From an uncultured bacterium (lineage in GTDB: Bacteria > Patescibacteriota > Minisyncoccia > Phycocordibacterales > PALSA-1337): a stretch of 64,000 nucleotides of DNA. The translations under genes and the position numbers were made by a program. The stretch lies in assembly GCA_963701025.1 (NCBI GenBank), contig OY969557.1, forward strand, positions 170,405 to 234,404, in the 5' to 3' direction. Under the pieces are notes generated by a model. It was not told the DNA's origin, did not search any database, and worked only from the letters and a program-made list of their open reading frames with translations. This document shows positions 21,332 to 31,105 of this stretch, piece by piece (the first letter of the stretch is position 1; each line of letters opens with the position of its first letter).

Positions 21332-22546
21332 ATGCGGGCTGATTTCAACTTCAAGAATAAATACGTGCCGACCGTCATTGTCGCTGTCATCCTCATCGCG
21401 GCGGCTTTTTGGATCGGTCTTTCCGTCGGGGAAGGGAAGTCTCCAGCGCCTCATTCCGATCTGACCGACACGGACGTGGTCACCCAGGACCAATTCGCCC
21501 CCTTCTGGAAAGCCTGGCAGGTTCTGAATGAAAAAGACCTGACTGCGGCTTCAACCAGCGTGCAGGATAGGATATGGGGCTCTATCCAAGGTCTGGCGGC
21601 CTCATATAACGATCCGTACACGGTCTTCTTCCCGCCGACCGAGGCGAAGATGTTCAACGACGACATAGCCGGAGACTTTGAAGGCGTCGGCATGGAGATC
21701 GGCATCAAGAACAATCAGCTCGTGGTGGTGGCTCCGCTCAAGGGCAGTCCGGCGGAGGCGGCTGGGGTGAAAAGCGGCGATGCTATCTTGAAGATAGATG
21801 CCACCTCTACTGACGGTATGAGCGCCGACCAAGCTGTTCAGTTCATCAGAGGACCGAAGGGAAGCACGGTCACTATCACTTTCCTGCCCGTCGGAGCCCA
21901 GACGCCGGTCGTCCGGAAGATCGTTCGCGATATCATCAATATACCGACCCTCGATACGGATGTGACTCATCCGGGCGTGTTCGTCATCAAGCTCTACAGC
22001 TTCACTGCTTCTTCCCCAGATCTTTTCCGGGAAGCTCTTCGTCAGTTCGTGCTCTCCGGCGACCATAAGTTGATTCTCGACTTGCGCGGTGATCCCGGCG
22101 GCTATCTCGACGCGGCCTGGGATATGGCCTCGTGGTTCTTGCCGGCGGGAAAAGTCATCGTCACCGAGGATTTCGGGCCTAACGAAGCTCCGAACGTCTA
22201 CCGGAGCAAAGGATATAACGTCTTTAACAGCAGTCTAGACATGTTCATCCTCGTCGATAATGGTTCGGCTTCAGCCTCCGAGATATTGGCTGGTGCCCTC
22301 CAAGAACAAGGCGTAGCCAAACTCGTAGGTACGAAGACTTTCGGCAAAGGCGTGGTCCAGGAGCTCGTGCCTATCACCGCCGATACCTCGCTCAAAGTCA
22401 CCATCGCCCGATGGCTCACGCCGCTCGGCCACAATCTCTCCCATGACGGTCTTGATCCGGATTATCCGGTAACGGCCACGTCATCGAATCCGACGGTCGA
22501 CCCGATCATGAATAAAGCTCTCCAGCTCTTATCAGCTAAACCGTAA
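21332..22546 (+). CDS. ctpA: C-terminal processing peptidase (S41) with PDZ domain
   Basis: PDZ 'GVKSGDAILKIDATSTDGMS', then 'LDLRGDPGGYLDAA...GSASASEILAGALQ...GTKTFGKG'. Confidence 0.85.
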   Translation: MRADFNFKNKYVPTVIVAVILIAAAFWIGLSVGEGKSPAPHSDLTDTDVVTQDQFAPFWKAWQVLNEKDLTAASTSVQDRIWGSIQGLAASYNDPYTVFFPPTEAKMFNDDIAGDFEGVGMEIGIKNNQLVVVAPLKGSPAEAAGVKSGDAILKIDATSTDGMSADQAVQFIRGPKGSTVTITFLPVGAQTPVVRKIVRDIINIPTLDTDVTHPGVFVIKLYSFTASSPDLFREALRQFVLSGDHKLILDLRGDPGGYLDAAWDMASWFLPAGKVIVTEDFGPNEAPNVYRSKGYNVFNSSLDMFILVDNGSASASEILAGALQEQGVAKLVGTKTFGKGVVQELVPITADTSLKVTIARWLTPLGHNLSHDGLDPDYPVTATSSNPTVDPIMNKALQLLSAKP

Positions 22547-22555
22547 TAAGCTAAC

Positions 22556-22999
22556 ATGAAAGTCATACTCATTAACGACGTGCCGAAGCTCGGCAAGAAA
22601 CACGACGTGAAAGACGTGAGCAATGGCCACGCCCTCAATCTGCTCCTGCCGCAAGGTTTGGCCATAGCCGCCACGCCCCAGGCGCTCAAACGCGCCATCG
22701 TAGAGAAAGCAAAAACCGAAGGGGAGAGGAAAGTCCATGAAGAGCTCCTGATGCAGAATCTGAAGTCCTTGGAAGATGTCAGCATAACCATTTCAGGCAA
22801 AGCCAATGAAAAAGGCCATCTCTTCGCCGGCCTCCATCGCGAGGCCATAGCCAAGGAATTGGCTGCCCAAGCGCATGTTCAGATAGATCCGTCCTTTATA
22901 CAGCTGGATGAGCCCATCAAGACCGTCGGTGAGCATGAGATAGAGATAAAAGTGGCAGGGAATTCAGCAAAGTTTAAAGTGGTTATTCAAGCGGTCTAG
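22556..22999 (+). CDS. rplI: 50S ribosomal protein L9
   Basis: 'MKVILINDVPKLGKKHDVKDVSNGHALNLLLPQGLA'. Confidence 0.85.
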   Translation: MKVILINDVPKLGKKHDVKDVSNGHALNLLLPQGLAIAATPQALKRAIVEKAKTEGERKVHEELLMQNLKSLEDVSITISGKANEKGHLFAGLHREAIAKELAAQAHVQIDPSFIQLDEPIKTVGEHEIEIKVAGNSAKFKVVIQAV

Positions 23000-23023
23000 C
23001 TTGCCTAGGTATTAAGATCAATC

Positions 23024-23043
23024 CACTTTAGTTGACTAAAGTG
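23024..23043. repeat. Second copy of the 20-bp palindrome (CACTTTAGTTGACTAAAGTG), reverse complement of the 9448 copy
   Basis: Exact match to the reverse complement of 9448-9467, 25 nt after the rplI stop. Confidence 0.5.
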
Positions 23044-23054
23044 GTTAAGAAAAA

Positions 23055-23079
23055 GGCTCCACTACCAGGAGTCTTTTTC
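23055..23079 (+). terminator. Rho-independent terminator of rplI
   Basis: GGCTCC-actacca-GGAGTC stem (one G.U pair) followed by TTTTT. Confidence 0.5.
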
Positions 23080-23100
23080 GAAAATTTCACTTATTTGAAA

Positions 23101-23376
23101 CTACCCATTCACATGCACGATGCCTTTTCTGACGATGTCGTTGTTAAAACCGGTCTTGCGCTTGGTTGAGAATTCTACGAGGCCTTCTTTCATGGCGAAT
23201 AGAGTATGATCCTTGCCCATGCCGACGTTCTTGCCGGGCATGACGGTCGTGCCGCGCTGGCGGACGATGATCTGGCCAGGCATGGCTTTTTGGCCATGGT
23301 TCAGCTTGACCCCGAGGTATTGCGGGTTTGAATCGCGTCCGTTCTTGGATGAGCCTGCGGCTTTTTTGTGTGCCAT
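23101..23376 (-). CDS. rpmA: 50S ribosomal protein L27
   Basis: '[24 protein letters not shown]...[10 protein letters not shown]'. Confidence 0.9.
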   Translation of the reverse strand: MAHKKAAGSSKNGRDSNPQYLGVKLNHGQKAMPGQIIVRQRGTTVMPGKNVGMGKDHTLFAMKEGLVEFSTKRKTGFNNDIVRKGIVHVNG

Positions 23377-23533
23377 ATAATGAGATTAACATATAAGTGT
23401 TTTTGGCGCAATGTGGCTCAATATCAAGGCGCTAAATCCGCTATGAGGACGAAAAGCCGTGAAGTGGCTCTAAATAAGGGTATTTATACATAAAAATATG
23501 GCCTAGTTGAGCCATATTATGTCTGTGAGGGCA

Positions 23534-23562
23534 TTGACATTGGACTTGCAATCTGCTAGACT
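23534..23562 (+). promoter_or_regulatory. Sigma70-like promoter (TTGACA-17-TAGACT)
   Basis: TTGACA at 23534-23539, a 17-nt spacer, then TAGACT at 23557-23562, ~55 nt upstream of the 23619 ORF. Confidence 0.5.
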
Positions 23563-23618
23563 GTACCGCAAATGAGCTAGTGAGCGTCATGCTTGCGTAG
23601 CTCGTTTTTAATTTACCT

Positions 23619-24080
23619 ATGATTGAATTAACTACCGGTATCGCATTCCTCGTGTCATCCCTCTACGGTGCCGGCCAAGCCCAAGCGGCTTCGGTCCCCG
23701 TTATAGCGATGGCGTCGACGACAAAAGAGCAGTCAAGCACGACGGAGGCCCGTTTCATCGATTCCAAAGTCCTTGAATCCTACGTCAAAGAGCAGTACGC
23801 GAACGAGCCAGTTCTCGTCGATATCGCCCGTTGCGAATCGACGTTCAGGCAGTTCGACCAGAACGGCAATATCATCCGCGGCAAGGTCAACCAGGCCGAC
23901 GTGGGCGTCATGCAGATCAATGAGAAGTATCACGCCGACGAGGCGGCCAAGCTGGGGTTCAACATCTATACCGTCGAAGGGAACGTGGCTTTCGCCAAGT
24001 ATCTCTACGACAAATCCGGCTCGGATCCGTGGTCGTCGTCTTCCAAGTGCTGGTCTGACGCCGAGCTCGCTAGACTCTAA
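23619..24080 (+). CDS. Secreted lysozyme-like / lytic-transglycosylase-like protein
   Basis: Signal peptide, then 'IARCESTFRQF...GVMQIN' resembling the SLT catalytic Glu and GLMQ region. Confidence 0.4.
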   Translation: MIELTTGIAFLVSSLYGAGQAQAASVPVIAMASTTKEQSSTTEARFIDSKVLESYVKEQYANEPVLVDIARCESTFRQFDQNGNIIRGKVNQADVGVMQINEKYHADEAAKLGFNIYTVEGNVAFAKYLYDKSGSDPWSSSSKCWSDAELARL

Positions 24081-24090
24081 GCTTGTCTGA

Positions 24091-24996
24091 CTAAAAGAAA
24101 TTCAGAAACTTCATCGGATCTATGGATACGCCATCGATCCTGACAGTCAAATGCAAATGCGGCCCGACGGCATAGCCCGTTTGGCCGCTTTTGCCTATGA
24201 CCTCTCCGCGAGCGACCATTTGGCCATCCTTCACCCCAATGAGCGAAAGATGCATGTAGAATGACATGATGCCGAAGCCATGATCTACGACGATGGTATT
24301 GCCATATGTGTCGAGATCCCGGGCAAGGGTCACGACCCCTCCGTTTATGGCCATGACCGGCGTGCCAGTGGCCGCTTTGAAATCAGTCCCTTTGTGGGCT
24401 ATGGAATACGGGCCGGTTTTCCGTATATATCCGTATGGATTGGTTACGATCGGATCCGCCACGGGAAATCGGAACGCATCGGTCCAGTATGATTTCGCCG
24501 CGCTCGGTAGTGCAGCCAGTATCGCGTTATCGCTCGAAAGGTTGGTCACGAGGCTCTGTTCGCTTATAGGCGTGTTGCCGCCTAGACCTTCTGGGATACC
24601 CAGGGACATTTCGATCTTTTTGCGAGGTGCGACGATAATATTCTCTGGGAGGATCTGACCGTTCGAAAGGGTAGCCTCTATCTGATAGATCGCCGGCTTT
24701 TCATTGAGGCCGATGCCGACGAATGCGACCGGCTTTGAGTCGTATGTGAAGATGTGGAGCGGTTTGCCGTCAAAGACGATGCTTTGCACGGTCGATGAAG
24801 TAGCCACGAGACCATTTACCGTTATCATGACCGGATCGCCTTGGACAATGGTAGTGGGTTGGATGGATATCAAAGGCGCGGCTATTGGTGGCGTTGATGT
24901 TGAAGAAATAACGAGCGGGATAGTACTCGTCGCCAGATTATTTGTGAGACTATGACCCGACAGGAGAGCGAGCAATGCCAGGAAGAATGCTTTCAT
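24091..24996 (-). CDS. M23 family metallopeptidase (LytM/NlpD-like)
   Basis: 'HKGTDFKAATGTPVMAINGGVV...GNTIVVDHGFGIMSFYMHL...GYAVGPHLHLTVRIDG'. Confidence 0.85.
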   Translation of the reverse strand: MKAFFLALLALLSGHSLTNNLATSTIPLVISSTSTPPIAAPLISIQPTTIVQGDPVMITVNGLVATSSTVQSIVFDGKPLHIFTYDSKPVAFVGIGLNEKPAIYQIEATLSNGQILPENIIVAPRKKIEMSLGIPEGLGGNTPISEQSLVTNLSSDNAILAALPSAAKSYWTDAFRFPVADPIVTNPYGYIRKTGPYSIAHKGTDFKAATGTPVMAINGGVVTLARDLDTYGNTIVVDHGFGIMSFYMHLSLIGVKDGQMVARGEVIGKSGQTGYAVGPHLHLTVRIDGVSIDPMKFLNFF

Positions 24997-25121
24997 GCAT
25001 CAAGTATGGCATACAATAGGAGGGAATGGGTTTAAGCGTCCATTTGTCCAAAGGATACCATGTCGCACAATAGAAACTTATGCGTCATTACTCTCCTTTT
25101 ACGATGTTAAATATGAAAATA

Positions 25122-25388
25122 TCAGTTACCAGAATTTAATGAAAAATCTATCAATGAGAGCTGAATTTTATCGTCAAATATGGCGATCTTAAACGATCCG
25201 ACGCCAGGAGTATTGACGATGTTCTTCAGTTCCTCATATTGCCGCTCAGTTACTTTAACCGGATAGGCCTCGCCATCAATGGCTATCTTGAGCTTGAGGG
25301 ATACGCCCTTTTTTCCAGTTTCCTTGAACTCATACGAGTAAGGTGCTTGAGCAAGCAAAAATACACACGGTGTATTTTCAACTTTCAT
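25122..25388 (-). CDS. Small hypothetical protein downstream of the 512-aa nuclease-motif gene
   Basis: 88-aa ORF on the same strand, 178 nt after the stop of the 25567-27105 gene. Confidence 0.3.
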   Translation of the reverse strand: MKVENTPCVFLLAQAPYSYEFKETGKKGVSLKLKIAIDGEAYPVKVTERQYEELKNIVNTPGVGSFKIAIFDDKIQLSLIDFSLNSGN

Positions 25389-25566
25389 GAACGTGATTTA
25401 AAAGAACTTACGTTGCTTATAATTCGACCTACCGGCTCGGAGAACGACTCACGGGCTGATATGTGTAAAGTTTAACAGGAGCGGACAGAAGCACAACTTT
25501 ATTTTCTTGAAACTGTGGATAACTGAAAACCAGCCTGTACACTGAAATTTTGTCAGTACATATGTA

Positions 25567-27105
25567 TTAACCAGCCTTTGATGCTGTTGGTTTATTATCC
25601 TTCCTTGCGTCGATAAGGATGATGTTTTCTTTGCCATTTAGCTTTAATTCTTCCAGAATAACTTTAGCTCTCTCGTGTTCCTCTGAAGTGAAATAAACAA
25701 TCACCCAAATTGATTTCTCTGTACTATTTACTTTCTTATATATCTCCAACTGATTTTGTAGATTCTTTTTGAGCTGTGAACTTTTTGCTAATTTAAATTC
25801 TATTAGTGTCTTATCCTTGTTTCCTCTAGATACGGAATAATCTACGGCACCTCTTCCGTTAGCTGATTCCCGATTTACATCCGAGACGGTACCGTACCAG
25901 ACTAGATAAAAGAGCCGCTGAACATCATCTTCTGTTCGAGGGCATCCATCTTTATCGTATAAATCTTTGTATATATCATTGTTCTCGATACATTTTTTGA
26001 ATGAAATTACTCTTGATAAACTTTCTTCATATGTATCATTTTTTTGATTGTAAAAACCGTTTTCTATTAACCTAGTAATGATATTCTTAAACTTATCGAT
26101 GTAATATTCCTGTAAATCCTCGGTTTTCTTTAGGCTCAATTCAACAGCAATATCACCTTTATCTTCCTTTTGCTTTACATAGTAATCAATAAGAACAGGA
26201 AACTCCTTAATTGTTTGAAAAGCAGCTTTATCTTTTTCAGCCCGAGTAGGCTCTTCTTTTGCAAATTTTCCGTTTTTATCTTTGCGTCTGGCTTGTACGA
26301 GAAGCTTTTGAAAATAATTATTGATCTGTGCTCTCAATTCAGAGTTAGTGATTGCTGTAGGTATTTTTTCAAATTCATCAAATAAATCTTTTCTATTAAT
26401 CCATATATCATTCTTGGTTAATAAATCGATTGGAGTTAATAGAACATAGTCATCAACGTAATGTGGCAACGTATATTCCATACTCATCCAGGTCTCCGTA
26501 TCATAATTAAATTTTGCTTTTTTAACTTTTACTATTTTTGTTAATGATGGGTCGATATTTTTATGCGTAAATGCTTGAGTATATTCAAGTAGAAATCCTT
26601 TAATTAAATTGGTAGTGAAATCACTTATATTATCCTTTCCAACACCGTCATGGACAAGAGTGATCTTTTCAAGATGTATACCTTCAGTTATTTTCTCATT
26701 ACCAAAATTATTAAGGACCTTGCCAAAACTTTCATTTAAGGAAATTGCAAATTTCTTTCCCAGCCCCCTTCCTTTGTTTCCCAGAACAGAATAACCAAAC
26801 CAGTTCTGTTCAACTTCAGGAAATCTGTATAGATTATCTATGAGACCCTGAGGCAAATTACCATCAAGACTATCTGTTTTATTTTTTAAAAATACCAGAT
26901 ACTTAATAATTTCAGCATGCAATATTTTGTACTGTTCTTTTTCACTGTTAAAAAGTAAAAATGGATCAACAAATAATGGAACATCAGATACTAGCGATGT
27001 GTTGAATGCACCATATTTTTTTAGTGCTGTGGCTGATACTTTAAAAAAATCAGCGAAAGATAGATTATTTGGAGTATTCATTATTATTTGTCGATACTCT
27101 AACAC
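25567..27105 (-). CDS. Large hypothetical protein with C-terminal PD-(D/E)xK nuclease-like motif
   Basis: 'GRGAVDYSVSRGNKDKTLIEFKLAKSS' fits D...E-x-K (Mrr-cat-like). The ~400-aa N-terminal region is unrecognised. The likely start is 'MNTPNNLSF' at 27081. Confidence 0.5.
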   Translation of the reverse strand: MLEYRQIIMNTPNNLSFADFFKVSATALKKYGAFNTSLVSDVPLFVDPFLLFNSEKEQYKILHAEIIKYLVFLKNKTDSLDGNLPQGLIDNLYRFPEVEQNWFGYSVLGNKGRGLGKKFAISLNESFGKVLNNFGNEKITEGIHLEKITLVHDGVGKDNISDFTTNLIKGFLLEYTQAFTHKNIDPSLTKIVKVKKAKFNYDTETWMSMEYTLPHYVDDYVLLTPIDLLTKNDIWINRKDLFDEFEKIPTAITNSELRAQINNYFQKLLVQARRKDKNGKFAKEEPTRAEKDKAAFQTIKEFPVLIDYYVKQKEDKGDIAVELSLKKTEDLQEYYIDKFKNIITRLIENGFYNQKNDTYEESLSRVISFKKCIENNDIYKDLYDKDGCPRTEDDVQRLFYLVWYGTVSDVNRESANGRGAVDYSVSRGNKDKTLIEFKLAKSSQLKKNLQNQLEIYKKVNSTEKSIWVIVYFTSEEHERAKVILEELKLNGKENIILIDARKDNKPTASKAG

Positions 27106-27200
27106 TTTTCCGATACTAAGTAAATATCACTTTTTCAGATTATCAAAATCCTTTCTATTTGAAGATAAATGTTGTATAGTAGGAAATACGATATAAATTT

Positions 27201-28661
27201 ATGGAAACCTTTCGATTGGAATTTTGGGCAGACAGCTTTCACGAAGGAAACTGGGCATGCGAAGAATTATCTAAATTTTTTAAATTAAAGGATGTGCACT
27301 ACGAACAGGGATTCATACCTGTTTTCTTATTCGAGATAGCTTATAAAAATAGTCTGATCTCTGTTCTTGGTTCATATAAAAACTGGTCTCCATTACCTAA
27401 GCCCATCGCAAATCTTCTTGAATGGGGTAAACCATCTAATAGTATTTAATCCTGAAAAGCAGAAAATAATTTTAGCTGTAGAAGAAACGGCGGCTGTTCC
27501 AACCGGAAATCAAGCTCTACAACGTTGCGAAAGAATTTACGGAAGTCTTAGAATGAACATACCTTTTTGGTATTTGTTAGGGGAATTCGGTCTACATGTT
27601 GACGGCGGAATTAGAAGAGATTCAATTTGGCCAACAGTTTTAGGAATCAAATTAAGCTGTATAAAGAGAACACCGTGTATAGTACTACACTATTCTGATC
27701 AAAGTCATCCCGAAGATTATTCAATAGGCGGGGGTGTTAGTTCACTATATGCAGCATTATCAGTTAAGATTGGAATACATTTTGGCACGAAAACTTTATC
27801 TGACATAATGCCAATACTTACAGAACAATATGCGTACATGATTAAATTTATTGAGAGTCAAGGTGCAAATGTTGTAAATTTTATTCCAAATAAAGAACAG
27901 CTATACGAAAAAAATATTCCAAAGAAATCAGTAAGCTAGTAACCTCAGATATACCTATAAACCTCACTTCATTAGACTTTTTCAATTGGGGAACAACCGA
28001 TGAATTACCAGTAGAAATTTATGAGAAGATTAAGCCAGGAGGAATAATAAAGCATGATGCCTTTATCAGTGAACTCGAAGAGATAGTCAAGAAAAGGCAT
28101 GCTTACACACTATCCGGCAACGCCGGGTCACGACCTCAAAATAAGGAAGACGTAGAAATCTGGATAAGAGAGCAACGGGACTTATTTTCAACAAATATAA
28201 TTTCTGATGTAAAATTCAGTCTTAATATTAATGATTTTCCTGAGAGTATTTCTGGGCGGTTACATGTAACGACAGCGAAAAATGTTTTCTACCTTGTAGA
28301 TTCCTGGACTCACATCAAAGATGCTCTTAAGAAAGCGTTTCCACGCCTCCAAAAAATACAACTCGAATATCGGATGCCAGCTTTTGTATATATTTCTAAT
28401 AGTCTTAAGCCGGGTAGAATATTTGGTGATCCGTTTACAGGACAGCTTTCTGCTTTCGCTAATATTTTCACAAAAAATGTTGAGGGAAAGAAGACGAGAA
28501 TTTCCATAGCTTACTACCCACATCAAGTTCATACGCAACTTTTTGATAGTGACCTAAAATTTCGTAGGAATAAGGGGATCATACTTATGAGAGAATTACT
28601 AGATTACGCGATGTTTCAGGGAGGAGTAATTATTAATATGCAGACCGGACAAATTATATGA
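27201..28661 (+). pseudogene. Unknown gene(s) read in alternating frames (frame 0 to +1 near 27400, back near 27910 at an A7 run)
   Basis: Three long stop-free segments in AT-rich DNA overlap end to end (27201-27449, 27367-27939, 27894-28661). One has 'HVDGGIRRD', a weak DGQHR/ParB-like resemblance. Confidence 0.3.
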
Positions 28662-28698
28662 TCAAATACTCATTTAACATTAACGGGGAAATTGCTCG

Positions 28699-29240
28699 AT
28701 GGGTCACAGAAGTATATATAAGAAACGAGCAAAAAACGGTTGGTGGGTAGCGTTCACTAACCCAATCGCGGGTCCTTGGAAAAAGATAACGGCGTTAGAT
28801 GGTACTGGTCTTCCGGTTGAAATCTACCGGTTTGAGAGAGAAGGGGAACGTCCGGATCTAATTTTAGTAAATGATATCTTCAAGCTGGTAATGATAGTGA
28901 AGCAAAAGATTATTATCATAAACTACTCGTGCCTACACAGATGACAAAATCTGTAAGAGTCATTGAGGATATTTCAACAATCTTGACTAAGTGCCCCAAT
29001 AAGAATTGGGAAAATAGAATCAACTATAAAATTCTCGCATCATTTCTTTGGTATTCTGAAAATCAACAGAAATTATTATCAGAAAATCTTTTGGTTAGAG
29101 AAGCCTTCAAAAAGTACTCAAAAAAAGATGCTGACGAATTACTCAATATTGTTATTTCAAAAGACAAATCGGGAAATCTTAGCAATAATTTTATCTATAA
29201 ACATACTATAAGTCAGGATTTGGCATTACTTTCTAAATAA
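28699..29240 (+). CDS. Two overlapping small ORFs (81 and 103 aa), possibly one frameshifted gene
   Basis: 28699-28944 and 28929-29240 overlap by 16 nt in different frames. Confidence 0.2.
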
Positions 29241-29831
29241 CGTCTTAGTTTCATTTAGCACCTGTAAAAAACAGAAATTCTTATCAAATAAGACCTTTCC
29301 ATTGAGTATCGATTTAACTTCAGATAATAATGGTGAGCCAATATTATCAGTTCCTTCTAGGACTTTTTCATAAAAGTTCTGAATAGTTTTTTTCCCGTCG
29401 CTTAACTCTGTCTCAGCTATATGTGTTATTACCTTATCAATACTGTGTTCATGTAAGATATTTTCATCATGTAGTTCTGGACGCAGATAATAATACTCAC
29501 GATCCTCAGTCGCAATAGGTTTAATTATTTCCTCAAACTTTTCTAGAAGCTGCAAATCCATATTCTCATTTAATATTGAAAGAATGATGATTCTCTGAAT
29601 TAGATTCTTTGGAGCCTTACCATTCCTACTAAACAACACGTCTTTTACCTTTTTAGTTAGAAAAAATTGATTATGTTTAGACTTTTTAATATTTTTTGTC
29701 TTCTTGAAAACACAATAATAATCACCAACATAACTAGTATTTGATGCCATTTGTGATTTTGATGATACAACTGCAGGAATTTGATATTTCGCTTCAATAC
29801 ACAGGAATGAAGATTCCTCAAATGATCCCAA
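29226..29831 (-). CDS. Candidate restriction endonuclease partner of the methyltransferases
   Basis: Last gene of the minus-strand M-M-R operon. N-terminal 'FEESSFLCIEAKYQ' looks like the E...ExK PD-(D/E)xK core. Confidence 0.3.
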   Translation of the reverse strand: MGSFEESSFLCIEAKYQIPAVVSSKSQMASNTSYVGDYYCVFKKTKNIKKSKHNQFFLTKKVKDVLFSRNGKAPKNLIQRIIILSILNENMDLQLLEKFEEIIKPIATEDREYYYLRPELHDENILHEHSIDKVITHIAETELSDGKKTIQNFYEKVLEGTDNIGSPLLSEVKSILNGKVLFDKNFCFLQVLNETKTLFRK

Positions 29832-29847
29832 GACAATTCTCCAAGCT

Positions 29848-31105
29848 CTAGGAATAGAGGTTGTTAAATGTCATGATAAGTTTACCGCCATTCTTTAACT
29901 TCTTTTGAAATAATAAGATGACCGATTTTATGTCTTTTTGATATTTATCCCACGAGCTCACATGTTCTTTTCTATCTGACACTATAATTTCATCCTTATA
30001 ATTAATTTCTTGCCTCAGGAATCCATTCCATATTGCAGAAAATTCAACATACGGCACGTTATCACCATATGGAGGGTCAAAAAATATCCCATCAACACTA
30101 TTATCATCAATCTTATCTAATCCTGCATGAGCCGCGATATTTTCAATTTTAGTTGAAGAAGAAATATTCTTATACTGTCGATGCAAAGATTCAAGACCTT
30201 TCAAAAATTTCTTGTGTCTAGCTTCAAGATGGATAATCGGATTAGTCTCCAGATGAAGGGGAGCAATCCAAAAACCTGGAACTGTCCAAGCGGGTCCACC
30301 CGTACTTAAGTTATTTCTATAGGGGATTAGCCTTGATGATTGTGCTACTGAAGAAGTTAGCATCAAGAGCAGGGCATTTCTAATAGATTTATTTTGTATT
30401 TTATTTACCTCATTAAATAACTCAACAAATATATAGAAAGTACGTGTTGTAAACAAATCTGATAATTTCATACCAGGAAAAGCAAGAATTCGTCTGTTCG
30501 GGATCAAATTTTTATCAAATTTAGGAACAGTAATCTCACTAAGAAGTTTTTCTTGTTGGCCTAGCCATTTTTTGTCAGTATATTCGAGATTATCTCTATC
30601 ATAAATCTTTACAACTCGAGTGCCACTGAATTTCTCAAAGTTAAACGAAAGTCTATTGTTACAATTCCGACAATGATATCTATTTCCTATTTTTGTAGAT
30701 CTGCTTATCGAACCATCAGCCCCGCATTCTGAACATTTAGATCCATTTCATGAACTAAGTATCGAATTTCCTTGTTATCAACAGTGAACAGATTTCTATA
30801 AGAATCAGCAAGTCGAAGTATTTTCTTGGCTTCTTTAGAAAAAACCTCAAACTGAGGCGGATTAGTTGTGACTTCTGATAGAAGTGCTGCTATAGGATTT
30901 ATATCATAACCAATTCCATCTATGTTATTCTTTTTTGCTTCTGCCAGAAAGACCCCACTACCACAAAACGGGTCAACCAACAATGAGTCTTATTAAAATA
31001 TGATCTTATATATTGCTGCAAAATATTTGACGGTTTTCTTGCCCAATACTTGTGAATTAAGTACTCATTCGGATGCGTCTGTGCCATTAGTGCTTTTGAT
31101 TTCAT
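29848..31105 (-). pseudogene. Dam-like (alpha-class) N6-adenine DNA methyltransferase, frameshifted
   Basis: 'HKYWARKPSNI' matches Dam 'LKWAGGK', 'LVDPFCGSGVF' is motif I, 'DGIGYDINP', and 'FFDPPY' is motif IV. The pieces lie in three frames (30920-31105, 30705-30983, 29848-30720), with a C-x2-C...C-x2-C ribbon between. Confidence 0.65.
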
